From: Candidatus Brockarchaeota archaeon
Lineage (GTDB): Archaea; Thermoproteota; EX4484-205; JAAOZO01
Assembly: GCA_017601145.1 (NCBI GenBank)
Contig: JAFNIV010000002.1
Location: forward strand, 23,926-87,925
Length of the DNA: 64,000 nucleotides
Direction of reading: 5' to 3'
In this document: positions 28,952 to 37,522 of the stretch, piece after piece
Layout: each line of letters opens with the position of its first letter
Position numbering within the stretch: the stretch's first letter is position 1
The notes under the pieces: generated by a model
Seen by the model: the letters and a program-made list of their open reading frames with translations, nothing else
What the model was told of the DNA's origin: nothing
Database searches by the model: none
Program-made: the position numbers and the translations under genes

Positions 28952-29995
28952 ATGGTTCTAAAGTTAGCTCTTCTAGGCACTGGGTTTGTAGCAAACTTTC
29001 ACATGTCCGCATTTAAGGAAATTCCAAACGTTGAAATAGTAGCCGTAGCCTCAAAAAATCAAACTCACGCCGAACGTTTTGCAAAGAGGTGGGGCCTAAA
29101 GAAAGCTTACTATGGTGAAGATGCTATAGAAAAAGCTATTAAAGACCCCGAGATAGAAGCTGTTGATATTACTCTCCCTAACTATTTGCACTCTTCAACA
29201 GTAGCTTTAGCAGCAGAGAACCATAAAAACGTTATAGTTGAAAAACCCTTAGCTAGAAACTTAACCGAAGCCCAACAAGCACTCAACGCTGCAAAACGAT
29301 ATGGTATACTACATGCTTACGCTGAAAACATGCTCTTTACACCTCACATGGAAAGAGCAATGGAAATGGTTAGCAAAGGTGCAATAGGTAACGTAATATT
29401 AGTAAAAAGTAGAGAGGCACACTTTGGTCCCCACTCTGCATGGTTTTGGGATCCTGAGCTATCTGGAGGTGGTGCTTTAATTGACATGGGTTGTCATAGT
29501 GTTGAGGTTGATAGAAAACTAGTAAAAAAGAAGCCTGTTAGTGCATTTGCATGGGGTGCTACTCTGTACCACCAAACCAAAGCCGAGGATAGTAGTATAA
29601 TTCTAGTAAAGTATGAAGGCAATGAAGTAGGTCAATCAGAAAACAGCTGGACTGCTCATGGAGGTTTAGACATAAGGTTTGAAATTTATGGAACTGAAGG
29701 TGCTATATTTATTGATTTAACAAGAGAAACTGGAATAAAAATGTTTACTGTTGCTCCAGAAGAAAAAGTTGGGTATGTAATAGAAAAAGCAGAAACAAAA
29801 AGAGGTTGGTTGTTTCCGATATGGAGAGAACATGAAATATATGGATACCTTTCTGAGCTATCGCATTTCGTAAATTCTTTCATAAATGGAAAAATGCCTA
29901 TAGAAAATCTTGAAGATGGTTACGTTGTTAATGCTATAATTGACGCAGGATATAAATCCATGAAATCTGGAAAATGGGAACTTATAAACTATTAG
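28952..29995 (+). CDS. Gfo/Idh/MocA family oxidoreductase
   Basis: GTGFVA, VEKPLA, SGGGALIDMGCH. Confidence 0.92.
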   Translation: MVLKLALLGTGFVANFHMSAFKEIPNVEIVAVASKNQTHAERFAKRWGLKKAYYGEDAIEKAIKDPEIEAVDITLPNYLHSSTVALAAENHKNVIVEKPLARNLTEAQQALNAAKRYGILHAYAENMLFTPHMERAMEMVSKGAIGNVILVKSREAHFGPHSAWFWDPELSGGGALIDMGCHSVEVDRKLVKKKPVSAFAWGATLYHQTKAEDSSIILVKYEGNEVGQSENSWTAHGGLDIRFEIYGTEGAIFIDLTRETGIKMFTVAPEEKVGYVIEKAETKRGWLFPIWREHEIYGYLSELSHFVNSFINGKMPIENLEDGYVVNAIIDAGYKSMKSGKWELINY

Positions 29996-30020
29996 CTTGT
30001 ACTTTATGAGGTGATGTCAT

Positions 30021-30194
30021 ATGTACAATGAAAAGCTTGAAAATGAAATAAAGAAAATCTCATCAGTTCCATGCAAGCTTGGTGGATGGCACGAATTAGT
30101 TGTAGAAAAATCTGAAGAGTACCCTGATGGTACAATTAAGTATATCTTAGTATGTAAAAAATGTAAAGAGCACTTTGAAGTTGAAGTATACTAG
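30021..30194 (+). CDS. 57-aa zinc-ribbon-like microprotein (absent from ORF track)
   Basis: MYNEKLENEIKKISSVPCKLGGWHELVVEKSEEYPDGTIKYILVCKKCKEHFEVEVY*; strong GAGGTGA Shine-Dalgarno at 30008-30014. Confidence 0.8.
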   Translation: MYNEKLENEIKKISSVPCKLGGWHELVVEKSEEYPDGTIKYILVCKKCKEHFEVEVY

Positions 30195-30225
30195 CAACCG
30201 CAAAAGATCTTCATACTTTTTGTTT

Positions 30226-31362
30226 TTAAGTAGTTGTACTCTTTTTTAATATTTTGAATGATATAAGTAGTGTAGAACTAAGTATAGTGAATGTAACAAG
30301 ACTTATTATTGAATAGTATGCCATATTTACTAAGTATGTTCCTGGACTTATAAGAAAGTCACCTAAAGCTAAGATCATAGGATAAGATGAAGCAAGTGCT
30401 ACTAACACAAGAATTATATTCTGAGTCTCCTTTTTGTTTAAATACCAAGTAACAACAAACCTAGATAACTGAAAAGACACCAACCCTAGTAATATGTATG
30501 CTCCTCCATTTTTAAAGAATGCGCCTAAGATCAGATTGAAGTTTGAAATAATTGTTATAATTGTAACTGCATTTAATCCTTGAATGGCCAAGAATGCTTG
30601 GTATATTCCGTTAAGTGTTCCTAATGTCAATAATACATAACCAACTAGGCTGAAAGCAATGTTTGTTACATATTGAGGTAGCGGGAGTTCTGTTTCAAAA
30701 ATTGTATAAAACTTGTTTTTAATTTTTATATCGAGGTTGAATCCTTTTATAAGCATTGCTAAACCAAAAAGGAATACTGTTATAAACACTCCCTGAGTCA
30801 ACAAATTCAAACTGGAAAGCAATGAGTATAATATCAATAAGACTCCTGAAAATCCTAAGGTGTATCTTTTGAATCTTTCATCAGTAAATAGCATCTTAAT
30901 GTATCTTCCAAGTATTACATAAGATTCTTCAACCGATTTGCTATGTTTTACAACAACTCTTATTACACCTGAAACGGGTAAGTTTGCTTTAATTACTGGA
31001 ATTATGTCTTCATCTCCAAAACCATCAGTTACGATAAAAACGTCTGTTGGGCCATAAGCCTTTGAGACTTGTTTTATTTCTTCAATCACTTTCATTGAAG
31101 AATAAGGTTCTCCTTCTTGAGAGCCTGCAACTATGGCAACTTGACACTCATAACCCTCAGAAACGAGCTTATCGTAAGTTCTCACGGAAGCAAATATCGC
31201 ATTTGCATCTGATTCTTCTGGATCTGCAAGCACTAACTTTAAGCCAGCATCAACAACAGGACCTCTTCCAACAACTGGAGTCTTTATGCTTGCCTTATTG
31301 CCTAGATCGTCATCTAAGTCTACGCAAAGTACTAAAATCTTTCTCTTTCTTTCCTCTTTCAA
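30226..31362 (-). CDS. DUF373 family membrane protein
   Basis: LVLCVDLDDDLG, ADPEESDANAIF, VTDG..DE, VVKHS followed by multiple TMs. Confidence 0.88.
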   Translation of the reverse strand: MKEERKRKILVLCVDLDDDLGNKASIKTPVVGRGPVVDAGLKLVLADPEESDANAIFASVRTYDKLVSEGYECQVAIVAGSQEGEPYSSMKVIEEIKQVSKAYGPTDVFIVTDGFGDEDIIPVIKANLPVSGVIRVVVKHSKSVEESYVILGRYIKMLFTDERFKRYTLGFSGVLLILYSLLSSLNLLTQGVFITVFLFGLAMLIKGFNLDIKIKNKFYTIFETELPLPQYVTNIAFSLVGYVLLTLGTLNGIYQAFLAIQGLNAVTIITIISNFNLILGAFFKNGGAYILLGLVSFQLSRFVVTWYLNKKETQNIILVLVALASSYPMILALGDFLISPGTYLVNMAYYSIISLVTFTILSSTLLISFKILKKSTTT

Positions 31363-31411
31363 CTATCTTTCTTAGATCAAAGGAGTTCTAGAAGGAATAA
31401 AATCTTTTCTT

Positions 31412-32281
31412 TTACTGAAGCTTCTGGTTTAACTCATAGTAGATCTTTAGTTCATCAAGTGAAAGTGACTTCCCTTCCTTCAATTTTTGTTCTACTTCTT
31501 GTGCAATTTTACTCTTAATTTCTAATTCTTCCTTAAGTTTTCTTTCCTTAGTGTAGTCTTTCTGTGTTCTTAGCGAAGACATCAAAAGATAAGCTTTTGC
31601 ATCTTTCTCAACGAGTTTCATAAAGAGGTCATTTTTCTGTTTTACTAGTTCTTGAATTTCATTTCTCGTTTTTTCTAAATCTTTTATCAAGTTCTCTCTA
31701 GTACTCTTTAGTTCCAAGATTTTCTTGTGGTATGCATCTGATGACTGTATGAGCAAGCTCCTTTTATTTCTTAATTCAGTTACTTTGTCCTTCATTTCTA
31801 CCATTTTATCCTTTATTTCTTTTTCCTTTTCTGTAGTCGTCGATAGTTTGTCATAAGACGTAATTATAGATCTCAAATGCTCTATTTCATTAACTATTAA
31901 AGCTTCTTCCTTAGGGTTGTGCGGCTCTGTTACGAGTTTCCACTCTAATTGGCTTAATCTCTTCCTAGCTTCCTCTTCACTCATTTTGAACTTAGCTTTT
32001 AGTCTATTTCTTAGAGCATCTCTGGTTCTTAGTTCGTTTCTTAATGTATTAAGTTCTGAAACTATTTTATTGATTTCTTCTTTTATTTTCTTTACTTGAG
32101 CGTTACTTTCATCTCTTTGTTTCCTGTTTTCTATTATTTCTTTGGATATGGCTCTTATTTGCTCTACTAGCTTGTTTCTTTGTTCTACTTTTTCTTTTAA
32201 TGTTTTTTTAACTTCTTGAAGTTGTTTCTCTAGTTCTCTTGCTTCTTGGCGTAGCTCGTTAAGTTCAGGGATTACGCTCAA
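31412..32281 (-). CDS. Archaeal coiled-coil protein (COG1340/DUF7121-like)
   Basis: Heptads, RDE.N..V, LEW...T...P.EE...V, DAYH, KL..GK.LSLDEL. Confidence 0.8.
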   Translation of the reverse strand: MSVIPELNELRQEARELEKQLQEVKKTLKEKVEQRNKLVEQIRAISKEIIENRKQRDESNAQVKKIKEEINKIVSELNTLRNELRTRDALRNRLKAKFKMSEEEARKRLSQLEWKLVTEPHNPKEEALIVNEIEHLRSIITSYDKLSTTTEKEKEIKDKMVEMKDKVTELRNKRSLLIQSSDAYHKKILELKSTRENLIKDLEKTRNEIQELVKQKNDLFMKLVEKDAKAYLLMSSLRTQKDYTKERKLKEELEIKSKIAQEVEQKLKEGKSLSLDELKIYYELNQKLQ

Positions 32282-32336
32282 ACTTCCTGCGTTTTTCTCT
32301 TTTTTACCTAAATAAAAACATTTCTGTTAGTCCTAG

Positions 32337-33134
32337 CTATGATGGAGGCCCGTATTTCGTTTCTTCTCCCCTAAAGAAAATTCGTGATATCGAAGCATAA
32401 AGGTCGATTATTCCCTCTAAAGTTTTAGAAGATGTAATTATTGGCTTTTCTAAAAACCCGAGAGAAGGAATTGACTTTACTGCGTTCTTTACATATAAAT
32501 ATTTTTCAGCATCATATATTCTTCTTACGTCATCTATTATTGTTTCTTTATTAGTAAACCACTTAAAAATTTTTTTAATGGTGTCTTCACTTACTAAATC
32601 TGCCTTTGTTACTACCGTAATAGTTGGAAGCAAGAACCTAGAGTAAACAGCAGCCTCAAGAAATAAGTTTGATATAAAGTTCATAGGTTCGGAGGAAAAC
32701 GCAGCATCAACCAAATAAGCTATCGCCTTATTCCCTCTAAATAGTTCTTCTGCAAGAACTAATCCACCACTTCTAAACGCAAACAATTCAATTTGTCCAG
32801 GTGTGTCGACAACAAAGAGGTCTGCTGTAGATTCATTGAATATTTTTCTCATTTCATCGATATGGTCTACTAGTAGGTCAATACTAAGAATTAGTGCAGA
32901 GTTTGGTCCAAGTCCCTCCGTTCTCATAATTTCGTAAACATCTACGTAATCTCTAGCGTCTATCAATGGTTCATATGGTAAAAATTCAACTCCTGGATCT
33001 AAATTTATAGCCTCAGCATTTATTCCTTTTCTAATTAACCAGTCAACTATACTTGAAGTTAAACTCGTTTTTCCACTACCGGCTGTACCTATTACAAATA
33101 ACGCTGGAGCTTCTTCTACTTTATTTTTGGACAT
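32337..33134 (-). CDS. GPN-loop GTPase
   Basis: GTAGSGKT, NLDPG, GLGPN, DTPGQIELF, TKAD. Confidence 0.93.
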   Translation of the reverse strand: MSKNKVEEAPALFVIGTAGSGKTSLTSSIVDWLIRKGINAEAINLDPGVEFLPYEPLIDARDYVDVYEIMRTEGLGPNSALILSIDLLVDHIDEMRKIFNESTADLFVVDTPGQIELFAFRSGGLVLAEELFRGNKAIAYLVDAAFSSEPMNFISNLFLEAAVYSRFLLPTITVVTKADLVSEDTIKKIFKWFTNKETIIDDVRRIYDAEKYLYVKNAVKSIPSLGFLEKPIITSSKTLEGIIDLYASISRIFFRGEETKYGPPS

Positions 33135-34056
33135 TTTTGTTTATGTGACTTAACCCATAATACGTTTGGTGCTCTTTTAATCTTCTTTTTATCGTATCAA
33201 TACTCAAATCGTCATCGAGGAATTCGTTTATTTGTCTGTATTTAGCTCTTAACACGGCTGTAGCCGTTGCTTCTAATCCTGCATCTATTAATTCTTTTCC
33301 TTGAACAATCTTTAGAGAAAAAACCATAGAATAAATATCTCCACAACCTACATCATTCTCAAAAATAAGCTCTCTTGGTATCGGTATAAAATGTCGTTCA
33401 TTCTTTGAAAAAACAAAAGAACCATAACTTGCCATAGTAAGTGCAACATAATTCGCTCCCTCATTGTTTTCAGATTTTATCAATTCTTGTATTCTTCTCT
33501 TCACTGCAAAAAGTAACTCTTCCTTAGATAAATGTAATGAGAACGCGCTCTTTAGCCATTTCTCGCTAGAGTCCCAAAATATATTCCTCAACGGACCAAC
33601 TTTATCTTCTCTAACAAACCCTTGAACTTCTATTGATATTTTTCCCTTGAAATTATTTTTTAAAATGTACTCCACGAGAACATCGTCAATTTCTCCTAAA
33701 ACTGGAGTTATGTGAATTATCTCGAACTCTTTTAAGTCGAAAGGTATCTCCATTATTTTTTTGGTTGTTGTAGATAAAACTTCTTGTTTTCTTAATCCTG
33801 GTCTAATTAAGTAGTTTAGGAACTTTACCGTACCCTCATCTTTAAGTAAGTAAACTTCTGTTCCAGTTGATTCAATTAAGTCCAAATATTTTTGATTAAA
33901 GTCTCTTCCAACAGTAGTCAATAATGTTACTTTCGCTCCTAACTTTCTCGCTGCAATGGCGCTATAGAATGCTCCCCCTCCTAACATCTCTTCCCTATAT
34001 TTTCCATAAAAGTCTATGTAATCGATTGTTAAGGCCCCTATCGCTAAAACCCTCAT
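33121..34056 (-). CDS. PfkB-family carbohydrate kinase-like protein
   Basis: IGALTID, GGGAFYSA, C-terminal NDVGCGD variant of DTTGAGD. Confidence 0.8.
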   Translation of the reverse strand: MRVLAIGALTIDYIDFYGKYREEMLGGGAFYSAIAARKLGAKVTLLTTVGRDFNQKYLDLIESTGTEVYLLKDEGTVKFLNYLIRPGLRKQEVLSTTTKKIMEIPFDLKEFEIIHITPVLGEIDDVLVEYILKNNFKGKISIEVQGFVREDKVGPLRNIFWDSSEKWLKSAFSLHLSKEELLFAVKRRIQELIKSENNEGANYVALTMASYGSFVFSKNERHFIPIPRELIFENDVGCGDIYSMVFSLKIVQGKELIDAGLEATATAVLRAKYRQINEFLDDDLSIDTIKRRLKEHQTYYGLSHINKNVQK

Positions 34057-34061
34057 TTTTA

Positions 34062-35330
34062 TTAAAAACTATAAAATTCTACACCTCTATCTACTTCAAC
34101 TACAGTTGCGCTAGTAGCTCCTGCTTCAAGAGCTTCATTAACTACGTTGTTCGCTTCTTCTTTATTTCTCACAAGGGCTATAAGATTATTTATTGCTTTT
34201 TTACTACTAACTTTAATTCCTAGAACTGGAGAAAAAGCTAAAATATAGTTTCTTATTTTTTCTATTTTCTCTGTAGACATTTCATAAGAATCTCTTAATA
34301 TTTCATGTTGATAGTTCATTATCTCTCCAAGCACTACCTCTGGATTCCAGTTCATTTTTTCTAATTTTCTTATTCTTTCTTCATCAAACATTTCTTTCAG
34401 TTTTGCAATATTTATTTCATCTCCTTTAAGGATTGAGATTGCAATTTGTGTTGATACGTTCATATCTATTGTAAACAAGAATCTTTTTGCTGAAGTTTCT
34501 GGAATTAAAAATAAATACTTCATAAGTTCCTGCTTAGATATTTTCTCCCAATCAACTTCGTAACTTGTTTTCCCAAGTTTTTTCTTAAAAGTTTTATGTA
34601 GCATCGGTGACTCAAGCAGTAATTGTAATCCTTCGTTTATTTCATTCTCTCGTTCGCTTCGTATGCTGTCTACCGGTCGAGTTTCACCAGAGTTTATAAC
34701 GACTAACGTAAGCGGAAATCTACTGATCTCTTCTACTTCTATTGTTGGTTTTTGCCTCAATACAACAATTCCTCCAAAAGTTGAAGTATACTGCTCAATT
34801 CGTCCGCATAGCGTACCTACTTCATAAGACTCTGCTAGAAAAGAGTATTCTGCTATTCTTTTTTTGTCTAGTCCTAAGTTAAATATTCCATTTAGTAACA
34901 TCATACTTGAAACTTCTAATGTTCCACTTCCTGATATATCTTGGCTTATTGGTGTATCACTTCTTATGTAAATTTTTAAACCATTAATTTTTGCACTTTC
35001 TTTTTCCATTCTTTTAAGTACTCTAATAATTGCTGCTAAGTATTCTATAGAGTTTTTCTCCTTTTTTGAAGTATCTTTCAAATCAATCTCGTACTCCACT
35101 ATTTCTTTATTTCCAGATAAGCTTTCTGTTGTGCTGATCTTTATTTTTTCTTCATTTAGAGGAACTGCATATACATAAGTCCTAAGATTTACTGCTGCAG
35201 CTACGACTGGTAGTCCTTTATAATCTTGGTGTGTGTTAAATAGGTCCACTCCTCCTGGTGCAGAAGCTACAAATTTTGGTTTAGCTCCCAAAATTTTTTC
35301 AGCTTCTTCAAAGTACTTTTTATGAATCAT
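34062..35330 (-). CDS. GHMP/galactokinase-like protein with degenerate catalytic motifs
   Basis: SAPGGVDLFNTHQDYKGLPVV N-terminus; the ATP loop and glycine-rich loop are degenerate. Confidence 0.8.
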   Translation of the reverse strand: MIHKKYFEEAEKILGAKPKFVASAPGGVDLFNTHQDYKGLPVVAAAVNLRTYVYAVPLNEEKIKISTTESLSGNKEIVEYEIDLKDTSKKEKNSIEYLAAIIRVLKRMEKESAKINGLKIYIRSDTPISQDISGSGTLEVSSMMLLNGIFNLGLDKKRIAEYSFLAESYEVGTLCGRIEQYTSTFGGIVVLRQKPTIEVEEISRFPLTLVVINSGETRPVDSIRSERENEINEGLQLLLESPMLHKTFKKKLGKTSYEVDWEKISKQELMKYLFLIPETSAKRFLFTIDMNVSTQIAISILKGDEINIAKLKEMFDEERIRKLEKMNWNPEVVLGEIMNYQHEILRDSYEMSTEKIEKIRNYILAFSPVLGIKVSSKKAINNLIALVRNKEEANNVVNEALEAGATSATVVEVDRGVEFYSF

Positions 35331-35510
35331 CTTCTCTCTCCTTTAGACTGGTTAGCTTTACTTTTGTAATGCTTTGAAGTAACTGTTTATAAACTTATCA
35401 TTTTAGTCTTGAATTTCACTTATGACCTTATGTCTAGGGGATAATTCTTGCTTTATAACATCTTTTTTATAAAATTTAATGCAAAGTAAATTTGAGATGC
35501 TTTGCAAAAG

Positions 35511-35779
35511 TCTCGGCAAGAAAGCCATAGTTTTAACCTTGGATGAGTTGCTGATAGGTTTTTAATACAACGAAAATAGTACTGATACACACCACAGGAA
35601 ACAGGGACGTTGCGACGTATTAAATATACCCCGCCTCTGTGAAAGTGAAAGTTAACGGTAGCACACTCTTTGCTTCTAAGGTGGAATGGAATGAAGTGGG
35701 AGCGAAAAGGGCAATGAACACTAGAATGATGATCACTCTAGAAGCAAGAATCTTCAAACTTCAGTCGTAGAAGTGTCAA
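35511..35779 (+). mobile_element. Decayed non-autonomous IS200/IS605 element (left end, tnpB 3' end, right end)
   Basis: Left end ggcaagaaagccatagttttaaccttggatgagttgc; frameshifted TnpB tail (NRDVA...VNG...HSLLLRWNGMKWERK...AMN...TLEARI); right end gaagcaagaatcttcaaacttcagtcgtagaagtgtcaa ending in TCAA. Confidence 0.8.
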
Positions 35780-35899
35780 CTAAACTAAGATGATATAATT
35801 TATGTAATTAATTAAAGAAAGTGCGCATAGATTATTGAGATTATAGAAAAGTATACATTGGAAGTAATTTTATGTCGAAAAGCTGAACTTAAAGTCTTC

Positions 35900-36655
35900 T
35901 TATTTGTTTTTAGTTTTTTCTATAAGTTCTAAATCTTCAAGAGCCGCAAGTAAGTCTTTTACTGATGGTAAATTGCACAATCCCAAAGGTAAGTTATCTC
36001 TTCTTGCTATTTCTATAGCGACTGGATCCAGACTTGAAGGTCCATGTACTATAACTGCACTTGGTTTGAACGGGTAAATTCTTACTGCTACAAGTGGTGA
36101 TCTGCCATGAGTAACGTTTGTAAATATTAAGGCTCTCTTTGCTGTACTTCCAAAAAGTCTCATAAATTCAGTTCCCTCAAAATACAATATTGCTTTTATA
36201 CTATCTACAACTGTATACCCAAAAATATAGTCTTCTGTATTCGGCGTATCTACCAAGGAATAAGAGTTGGTTGCGTTGAATAACGCGCTAATTTTTAGTG
36301 GAGTCGCAAGTTCTCTCATAGCAAGAATAACTCCTGGTGGTGGAAGTTCTGATCTAGAAAGCTCTGCCACCTTTTTTCCTCCCTTCATTATGTCAATGTT
36401 TAACAAAGCTTTTACAAAGTTCTTTATAAACTTCGTTCCAGGATTTTTTCTTCTGCCTCTTTCATAATCACTTAGTACTGAAGGTGATATTTTCATTTGT
36501 TCTGAAAGATCCTTTTGGGAAACTTCAAAAATAAGTCTCCATTTTTTTAGCGTTTTCCCTGAGTCATCACTTAATATTATGTCACCCAAAACTTTTTTAG
36601 CTGCAAGATCCTTAGCATAAGTTAAAAGTTCGTCTAACTCTTCTTCGTCATTCAT
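35900..36655 (-). CDS. XRE-HTH transcriptional regulator (archaeal COG1709-like)
   Basis: GDIILSD..G..LKKWR, SPSVLSDYERGRRKNPG, GYTVVDSIKAI, FTNVTHGRSP. Confidence 0.9.
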   Translation of the reverse strand: MNDEEELDELLTYAKDLAAKKVLGDIILSDDSGKTLKKWRLIFEVSQKDLSEQMKISPSVLSDYERGRRKNPGTKFIKNFVKALLNIDIMKGGKKVAELSRSELPPPGVILAMRELATPLKISALFNATNSYSLVDTPNTEDYIFGYTVVDSIKAILYFEGTEFMRLFGSTAKRALIFTNVTHGRSPLVAVRIYPFKPSAVIVHGPSSLDPVAIEIARRDNLPLGLCNLPSVKDLLAALEDLELIEKTKNK

Positions 36656-36784
36656 AGTTAGCTTCTCTTCTTACCATATTGCCTAAATTTATTTCTTTCT
36701 CTTCTTCTAATAAAAATCTTATGTTGAGAAAAATCATTCTTTTCTAACCTTACCTTTGTTTTTACTTAGTATATAAAGCAAAAA

Positions 36785-37096
36785 TTAGATTACGGTAATT
36801 TCGCTACGTCCATATCCATTCTTCTGTAAAAACTCTTTAGATTTTTGCCTTTGGTCACCTTGAAGATAAATCTTTCCATCTTTTGTAGTTCCCCCGCACG
36901 CGCAAAAAGATTTCAAACGGCTTGCTAGTTTTTCTAAATTATTTGGCTTTTCGTTTATGCCCTCTATTATGGTCATAGGCTTGTTAAACTTTCTGACTTC
37001 AAGCCTTATTGTTATTCTTTGTTCTTCTTTGAGCAGTTCATTTAAAATATCTTCTTTTTCAAAGAAGTTAATTTCTTCCGAACCCTTTTCCGTCAC
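36785..37096 (-). CDS. sui1: Translation initiation factor aIF-1 (SUI1/YciH)
   Basis: RKFNKPMTIIEG, LKSFCACGGTTKDG.I.LQGDQR. Confidence 0.93.
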   Translation of the reverse strand: MTEKGSEEINFFEKEDILNELLKEEQRITIRLEVRKFNKPMTIIEGINEKPNNLEKLASRLKSFCACGGTTKDGKIYLQGDQRQKSKEFLQKNGYGRSEITVI

Positions 37097-37163
37097 CTAG
37101 TACTCTCTAACTTTATTTTGCTTAAGGGAGTATTTAAAGATAACGCTTGTATAGGTTATTAGT

Positions 37164-37403
37164 GTGAACTACTCCTCGCTATCGCAAGGAGCTTCCTGCT
37201 TCCACGGACAGACTCGCTCTCCACTCACCCACAGCGGAGGCCTCGGCAAGTGAGGCCGTTTCGAGGAACCCGTGTGGAAGGTGGGTTACGGAGGTCTTGC
37301 CCTCAGCAGGCGTCTCTTTCGGCCTGTCCCATGCCTACTAGGTAGTAGGCACTTTTCGGCTTTCATCCCCCTGCGAAAGCTGGGGGACTTCCCGCCATAA
37401 AAG
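37164..37403 (-). mobile_element. PATE/MITE of the IS200/IS605 family with an omegaRNA-like scaffold
   Basis: GC-rich island. Minus-strand left end ggcgggaagtcccccagctttcgcagggggatgaaagccg follows TTTAA; right end gaagcaggaagctccttgcgatagcgaggagtagttcac; no ORF. Left boundary uncertain by a few nt. Confidence 0.85.
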
Positions 37404-37522
37404 TTAAAAACCAATGTCTTTTCAAATACTCTATAAGCTTTAGATGGTGATAAGTCAGTAATCTCTCCTCATAGCAAAAAACATATTTATTGACTTAGGC
37501 TTTCTATTGCAATGATAAGACG

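Noticed and set aside
37164-37403. GC-rich structured island as SRP RNA or RNase P RNA
   Set aside because: It lacks the SRP helix-8 motif and the RNase P GAGGAAAGUCC motif, and both ends match IS200/IS605 termini.
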